Assembly (NCBI GenBank): GCA_964304625.1
Contig: OZ199839.1
Coordinates: 8,185,410-8,216,359, forward strand
Length of the DNA stretch: 30,950 nt
Source of the DNA: Kudoa neothunni
Lineage: Eukaryota > Animalia > Cnidaria
Direction of reading: 5' to 3'
Shown here: one piece after another, positions 22,601 through 30,950 of the stretch
How positions within the stretch are numbered: position 1 is the stretch's first letter
How the letters are laid out: every line of letters starts with the position of its first letter
The notes under the pieces: model-generated
What the model was told of the DNA's origin: nothing
What the model saw: the letters and a program-made list of their open reading frames with translations, nothing else
Database searches by the model: none
Program-made: the position numbers and the translations under genes

Positions 22601-24042
22601 AGATCTATCTTAGAAATAAGACTTAGTAGTTATTTCCCGCATACAATTAATAAAAGGCGGAGTCGTATTTTTGAGGAAATGTAGTATAACGCAAGTTATC
22701 GTTTTGAAGAATTTCACACATGCCCGTGTAAATTTGGGGATTAATATTTTTTGATTTATTTTGATAGTAAACAATATTGTTCCGCGTATTTTATTTTTGT
22801 ATATAACACAAGGTCCGAACTGGGATCCGAACCTGTGTTATCAGCACAAAAAGGCGATGATACCATATCGCTCTGTCTCTATCGCGCATGTGTTGGGGGA
22901 TTATAACCCTTATAATCCACACGTTACATTGAAAGTGGCAGTTTATGCTGTGAATAAAATCCAGATGTCACTAGTTACTAGTTTTATCATATTTAAATAT
23001 CTCTGAACCTTAAGAACGATGTGATGGGCCAGGAATAATTAAATATAGAAGGTTCTAAACAATTAAATCAGTATACAGCTTTTTGTGAGTAAGAGTTATT
23101 GTGATTAATAAAGAGTTTACGCTTGCGTGAACTTCTTTTAGGATTAAAGTTAATCGTGCTAATATTCTCCGTCATTTTAAGTTTAACTCAAGGTCCAGCT
23201 AAATTTTCGTCGAATCCAGTTAGTTAATCGTTTAATTTAATTAGATAAATTAATAAGTAATACACAATTTTTATAACCGACCTTTTCGCTTGTGTGTATA
23301 AAAAATTTCTTACTTTAATTTTTCGTGGGAATAATCAATTAAATATAATCATTCTTCAATATTTAAAAATTGAATGTTTTTTCACTCATTTCTTTTGATT
23401 CAGAGATTAATGTTATATAATCGGTAAATTATCCTCATCAATATATTCGTGAGTATTTCCACTTAGATATTAATCGTATAACGCAGCATTGGAATTAAGC
23501 AGATTGAGATTGATCAAACGAATTCGTCTAAATCTTTGGCGCCGTTTCACCCCAAATTAAAACTATCAACTTTTCAAGTTAAGTTTAAAAATATATTTGT
23601 TTTTGGTTATTCTTTATGTTTTAAAAAATTCGTATCCACCTGTATAATAATTATAACTATTCGCTGGGAATCAATGTAAGAAAGATAACGCAATATCGCA
23701 ATTTTTCTGTAATGTGTTAACACTGCCCTGCGTATCTATGATTATACACTTTTCTATTTGTTTCCATTTGACAACTTTTTATCTCTATACTTATTTTATG
23801 TGATTTATCACAAGGAAAGTATTCTGATTTTCGTATAGTTATTTCAACAAGCGTTAAAAAGCATACCTATTGGCACAAACGATCGATGGATTAAAATATC
23901 CACACTAATACCTACGAAAACTCCTCTCCAGTGTCAGCAAAGATTGAAAGTAATCATTTTGTGTTGCATTAAGCGTTTTTATAGACCATAATTTTTATAG
24001 TACCTTTGTGATGTTATTAAGAAGAAAAAAGAGAAACAATGA
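19648..24042 (+). CDS. DNAJC2: DnaJ homolog subfamily C member 2 (zuotin/MPP11/ZRF1), multi-exon
   Basis: Spliced J domain [54 protein letters not shown]. Zuotin region [37 protein letters not shown]. Two SANT domains: [24 protein letters not shown] and WSSEEQK|[20 protein letters not shown]. Stop at 24040-24042. The start (MGSSKTV..) is less certain. Confidence 0.93.
22310..22684. mobile_element. pogo/Tc1-mariner-type MITE inside a DNAJC2 intron
   Basis: Degenerate TIRs flanked by TA: TA|CCACGTTTCCGCGCTAATAGGA versus reverse-complement TA|CTACATTTCCTCAAAAATACGA. Internal repeats CTCGAAAATAAGTCCTAG, CTCGAAAATAAAACCTAG and TAGAAATAAGACTTAG. Confidence 0.6.
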
Positions 24043-24598
24043 TTTGATCCATCTCCCTGTGTACAAGAACCTTGTTAATAACTTGTTAATGTTAGGATTT
24101 GTAGTTTAGAACAGCACTGTTTCAAAAAGTTTGACATCACTTGCGTGTTATTATTGTAATAAAATGCAGAGTAGTTGTGAGGTGTATACTAGACTAATCA
24201 GCATCGTTGGAATAATAGTTTTTGAGATTTGCGCGGTTAATAACACCACTGTATTATAACAGATAATAACATGATAAAAATCCGCCTCAAACTAGTTAAT
24301 AATAGTGCAATACATCAATAAAGTATTAGGAATTTCCCGAAAAATAATGGAGAAAGCTATAATCCTTTTATAATCGAGGAAGTGCATTAAATTTAATCCA
24401 CATTAGATTAATACCCAAACCCAAAATTATATACCAACCTACAATTATCATATTCTGTCACGATTACATATCAATTTTCAATGAATAATCTAGAAAAATA
24501 GATTTCTGTGTGATAGAAAATTAGCTTTTATTTTATCGATTAGTTCTTTAATCATATTAGGTACTATTAAATCATATTTTAAGGATTAATGTTAAGAA

Positions 24599-25803
24599 AT
24601 GAGCTTGGTTGGTGTGATTATAGTTGGATGGTGCTTTCAACTGACAAGTAGTCTCTCTCTATAGGATTTTATTATTGATACTTATGCTTGTAACCTCCCT
24701 GGGAATATTGATTATTTGATTGTTCGATCAAATGATTTTATTGATTTAATAAATTGATTAGGCATCCTATGTGTTACTCCGAAAAAATGTATTTCTAAAT
24801 CGCTAATTAACAATCCAGTCCTGCAAGCCGCAGGAATAGACCCAAATCCTTCCCTCAATCAAGGATATGAATTTGAAGAGGAGGCGTGTTGTACCATTGA
24901 CAATGAGGGCAACAATATCTGTTTATACTTCGACCCTTGTCTAACAAAATCAATATCCCCTTCATTCGAACATTATGATAATTACACTGCGCATGGATTC
25001 ACCTATTACACCCAAGCTTTCATTATAATGAATAACAACAACTACGTGCTACCTTATGCACCATTAGGCAAATACTTGGAGGGTAACACCAAAACGTAAA
25101 CGACTAATAATCGATTCAGTCAACTCTTCGTATACATTTACATTTATTTTAGCTACAAATATTATGTTCATTTCCTTCAATATGGAAACAGTTTGATTGT
25201 CATTTCAGTATTTTTAACCGGCTACTTAGCAGCTAGCATGATTACCTAATTATTAAGGCATTTCCCAGAAGCTCAGACGGTAAGACAATAACAAGTAGTC
25301 AACCTATTCTTTCGGCTATATTTCCATTGCGTTCGACAAAATGTAACTTTCAACTGTGATCGTTAAATATTTGATAATTTTCTCGCATTCTAGGTGGATT
25401 TTTCCAAAGAATTTACCCTATCGATCGACAAAATTTTTACGTCAACGTTGCAATGTCCATCTTTTGTCTGGTGGTTTTCGGCCTGTTCTACATCAATTTT
25501 ATTCATCACAGCGACCACGAATATACCAGAGGTTATACCCAAGCAGAACTTTCTCAACTTAGAGCCGATAATATCACCGAAGCCAAAGTGTCATTCATAT
25601 CAAAGCTTGTTCGAAAAGTTATCAGCAACGACAAGGATGAGGCTGAGGAGATCGAAGAATCTCACCAAGAATCAGAGCAAAATGAGTCTGCCCAAGTAAG
25701 TAATGTCGAAAATACAACCATTGTTACCAATCAAGGTGAAGTGCCTTTCACAAGAACTCCCACAAATTCCATCCGAACTTCAACTTCTCAACATGATAAA
25801 TAA
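24599..25803 (+). CDS. Uncharacterised type I membrane protein (Cys-rich ectodomain, TM, acidic Ser/Thr tail)
   Basis: Open exon 24762-25095 (ILCVTPKKC..EEEACCTIDNEGNNICLYFDPC..) splices via canonical short introns to YKYYVHFLQ.., AFPRSSDG..STK and CGFFQRIYP..YVNVAMSIFCLVVFGLFYINFI (TM)..SQHDK*. The 5' exons are uncertain. Confidence 0.65.
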
Positions 25804-26459
25804 TTAGTTTAATTTCTAACGACTTAGTGTTTTGAAATTCGTGTTCATTTCACTTTTTGTGATTTTTTTTCTAAATTAATATCTAGCTTATGATTGTGGC
25901 GACAGTTTTAAGTTTAAATTTAAGTAAATATTCCACAGTGTTCTTTTTAACTGGTTTGATGTTGTTTAAGTTTTCATGGAGAATATATTCATGTTTTTAT
26001 ATTCAGATTTTAAATATCCAATCTAGGTAAAAAAGATTCATTGTCGTAAGAATAGTCACTTTATTTTAAAATATACCTTGAACCATTAAGTAATTAATTG
26101 TGAGCATATTAATCTATACTAGACATTAAGAATGAGTGAGTGGTTGCGCCCAAAATTGCAATAATACGACGATAAATTTAAATATATTTGAAGACGTCAT
26201 TATTGGATCGGAAGATAATTAAAAACTTAAATAAATATGATTCTATTTTTTGTTATACTTTTAAATGACTATTTAATAATTATTAATGAAAAAATTAACA
26301 CAAATATGTGTTCTCATGGTTTTTAAACACTACAACTTTTTTTTAATTGGCGCTTTAACTAACGAATGAGCTAACATTTTAGTATAATTATGTGTATTAT
26401 CTCATATTGTGATAAACAATATTAAAGTTGAGAAGACTACATAAAAAATATTATACTAA

Positions 26460-26945
26460 CCTTCCGAGCGTTTCTGAGGTCAAATTGACCCCAGAGCCTA
26501 TTGTATTACAAGTTTTATATACATCGAAGAATTTAACAATTGTAATATCCGGATTATTCCCCTAAAATAGACAGTGTTTTATAATAATTCAATAAAAATT
26601 TGAAACAATTAAGATATTTGACGTAAAAATAAAATCTGCTTTGAATGCTATTATAACTATATAGACTGTTTTTTTAACGTGTCAACAATTTTTATATTCA
26701 AAGTAATGAAAACTCTAAAAATGGAGAAAAGAAGATAGAAGATTCTCAATCTGTTTATATTATTTGGTTTATGATTAATAAAAAGATTGAACATTTCGCA
26801 TAATACATCATTGTATGAATCTTCAAATTTTAAATTAAATAAGTATGCTAGTTGATCAAAATATAACCGAAATTTTTAATTTTTGTTTGATTACGCAAGG
26901 CACTACCCATAAGTCACTGTAGTTGGTTTTGGGGCGCTCAGAAGG
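26460..26945. mobile_element. piggyBac-type non-autonomous element (486 bp)
   Basis: Inverted termini CTAA|CCTTCCGAGCG ... CGCTCAGAAGG|TTAA (10/11 match) with a TTAA-type target. Subterminal palindrome GGTCAAATTGACC. Confidence 0.75.
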
Positions 26946-27109
26946 TTAATATGTTAACTTAATTTTTGAATATTATCCGCCCACGATATTCCTAATACAT
27001 TCAATATTTTCTTTCAATAACAATATTTCAACCAAATATATTAAGCTAAATAATTAATATTTTATTTCCAACAATATCCAACTGATATCACTAACTTTAC
27101 TCACAATCA

Positions 27110-27121
27110 TGCGCACGCGCA
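27110..27121 (+). promoter_or_regulatory. NRF1-like motif TGCGCACGCGCA
   Basis: One mismatch from the NRF1 palindrome TGCGCATGCGCA, in very AT-rich context, 3 nt before the ATG. A similar motif precedes KAT8. Confidence 0.45.
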
Positions 27122-27124
27122 AAT

Positions 27125-28002
27125 ATGAGTAGCGGTGGAGAGGAAGAAATTCTTAATTATGAGACTTTATTGTCTCCATCTGATCACCCCAAGAGTGCTC
27201 CAGAGTTGATTTCGATGGTATAATATCAACTAATCACATTACATTCTATTTCCTCGTGTCGTTAGGTGAAAATGAAGAATCTTTTGAGGTCGAACTCTAA
27301 AGTAGGAAAATTAGGACCTATGGTACCACATTTGCTAGGTAATTTCAATTCGCTCAGATAAAAAACTTAATATTGTATTATTTTAATTGTTTTGCGGATT
27401 TGTAAACAATCTCTCTGCGTATTATTTTTTAATTTAATGCTTTTGTTATAGTAAAAGCCACCGAAAAGTTTCTCAGTGATATCTATACCGATTGTGAAAG
27501 TACATTGAAGAGTAATGGTAAAAAAGTTCTAGTTCATAGCATTGTGTACCTATAACAGTTTGAAATTTTGTTGATAAAATTCGTGTTGATTCCTAGTAAG
27601 AAATCAATAAAAAACAATCCCAATTTAAAAATGTTTCATTCGATAGCCGACGAGATTCCAGATGATGCGGTGGAGGATAATACACCTTCCGATCCAACAA
27701 CACAAAAAGACATGTATAACCAATTTTTTATCTATTGCTGCAGTTGTTTAAAATCCCGATCCTTTAGTAGAAATAATCTTACTAAAAGCGTGAGCAAATC
27801 TCCCAAAAAAGTCAATAAATCTGCTTCTCCTGTAAAATTCTCGAATACTCAGTCAACAAACGATATAAACACAGTTACTGTAAAAAATGACTTTTCGCCT
27901 ATGGAGAATAACAACAAAACTACTAATGAAGTAACCAAAACGATCCAACAACCTCCAACAACTTTTAGTAATATTCAACAAGAAGATGACGATTACGATT
28001 AA
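27125..28002 (+). CDS. DRAP1: H2A-type histone-fold protein, most like Dr1-associated corepressor (NC2 alpha)
   Basis: Spliced LISMVKMKNLLRSNSKVGKLGPMVPHLLVKATEKFLSDIYTDCESTLKSNGKKVLVHSIVKKSIKNNPNLKMFHSIADEIPD parallels DRAP1 (RIKKIMQ.DEEIGKVAAAVPVII..LELFL..HLKQCI..VPD). Low-complexity tail. CHRAC1 or POLE4 are not fully excluded. Confidence 0.7.
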
Positions 28003-29227
28003 TTTATGATGAATGTATGTGGTTTTACACCCAAGTCCAAATTTTTTGTATATTGTGCTATTGCTTGTTTTACGATAAATGTTGGATGAGATGTGTGGTT
28101 TTATTGAATATTGATTTATTTGGTCGTTAGCGCCGCAAGTTACATGGGGTAGCAAAAATTGTTTATAAGTGTGTGTCTTCCTAATTTTCCCCAAAGAAAA
28201 TAATAGATTATAAAATTTTGTGGTCGAACTTGATCCTTGTATAAAAATGTTAATTTTTGAAAATTACTGCTTAAAATGATATTATTTTTTAAATGCAAAA
28301 ATAAATAAAACACAAATTTTAATTTTCAATATATTTATGCATAATATTTTGGGGGAAAATTCCGCAAAATCTGTCGTGTGCGCGTGCGTGGTAACTTTTA
28401 ATTTAACATTTCTTACAAAATAGCTCATCTACTTTATAATTTTTTATTAATTTATTGACAATTTCGCGTAAAACATCCTTAACTTGATGTACAGAAAATA
28501 ATTCAATAGGATTCTCAATGACAAGTTTTTTTAGTGGATTTATAAGATTTTTTACTTGAAACGTTTTAACGATTCCATCGCTGTGCTTAGGACAAAGATA
28601 TTCACATATAAACGAAAGTTTACCATGATCATCCTAATTTAAATGAAAAATTTCATTTCCCCCCAACAAAAATAATATCATTACTCATTATTATCTACAC
28701 ATGTGAATGTTAAAAATTTTCGATTAATTACTTTAAAGTTTTATCCTGCTAACTTTTCAATAAAAATGATGAAAAAATAAATTATTTTTGTTTGAAAATA
28801 GGCGGCTTATTAACTCAATTACTAATTTTTTTTATGTAAAATTAATAATAAAATTATTTAACAACAATTTAAAGCCTTTTTTAATCTGTCCATTAAGGTG
28901 GACGATGGGAACGAAAGGGTTGACTAAGTAATTTCTAATATTCTTCTTATTATGAAACAAATAAAATCACAACAAATCGGAAAGTACAAATGGTCGGTTA
29001 CATATTTTATTTTCATTCTTGTTTAAATAAAAATTTACGGAAACTTCTCGGTAATTATTTTTGAATTAATCTCCTCTAATCCGATTTTGCAGTCACATAA
29101 GGGCTTATTCTCTCAAAATTAACAACATTATATATTTAATCCAGCGTTAAAAGATTATAAAAATTTATTATGAGCTGTTTAACATAGCACATTCGGAAAA
29201 ATAATAAAGTTAACTCGTGTATATTGG

Positions 29228-29239
29228 TACGCACGCGCA
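29228..29239 (+). promoter_or_regulatory. NRF1-like motif TACGCACGCGCA
   Basis: Same CGCACGCGCA core, ~20 nt before the KAT8 ATG. Confidence 0.4.
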
Positions 29240-29259
29240 TAGGCGAAGAGTGTGATATA

Positions 29260-30809
<1,550 letters not shown>

Positions 30810-30950
30810 TAAAACACCACATTAAGTTTGTCTCATTCGTATTTAATCTATTCTCAAAAGATAATATTCCGTTTAATTGTTATTTTAAATTACTTTTTAA
30901 TACGAGAAATTGTTGTGAAATTGATTATTCCTATGAACAATTAGTAGATG

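Noticed and set aside
25394-25699. Overlapping 101-aa ORF as a second gene
   Set aside because: The phase-1 splice selects the other, TM-containing frame.

Overview
AT-rich eukaryotic (animal) genomic DNA. Most introns are very short GT-AG introns of about 39-57 nt, which suggests a compact-genome invertebrate such as a myxozoan- or orthonectid-type parasite (inference only). From left to right: (1) the last exons of a C-terminally anchored membrane protein gene; (2) a nested block of decayed transposons: a hAT/Buster element inserted into the 3' end of a Mag-clade Ty3/Gypsy retrotransposon that keeps one ~119-bp LTR and its PBS, then a Tigger/pogo relic; (3) two tandem, strongly diverged paralogs encoding signal-peptide, Cys-rich, FN3/Ig-like multidomain surface proteins; (4) a tRNA-derived SINE-like island and a second Tigger relic; (5) DNAJC2 (zuotin/MPP11), with a MITE-containing 1.6-kb intron; (6) an orphan type I membrane protein gene; (7) a piggyBac-type MITE; (8) a DRAP1/NC2-alpha-like histone-fold gene; (9) KAT8/MOF, which runs off the window. 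Gene models were spliced by eye. The best candidate for something undescribed is the surface-protein family next to the transposon block.
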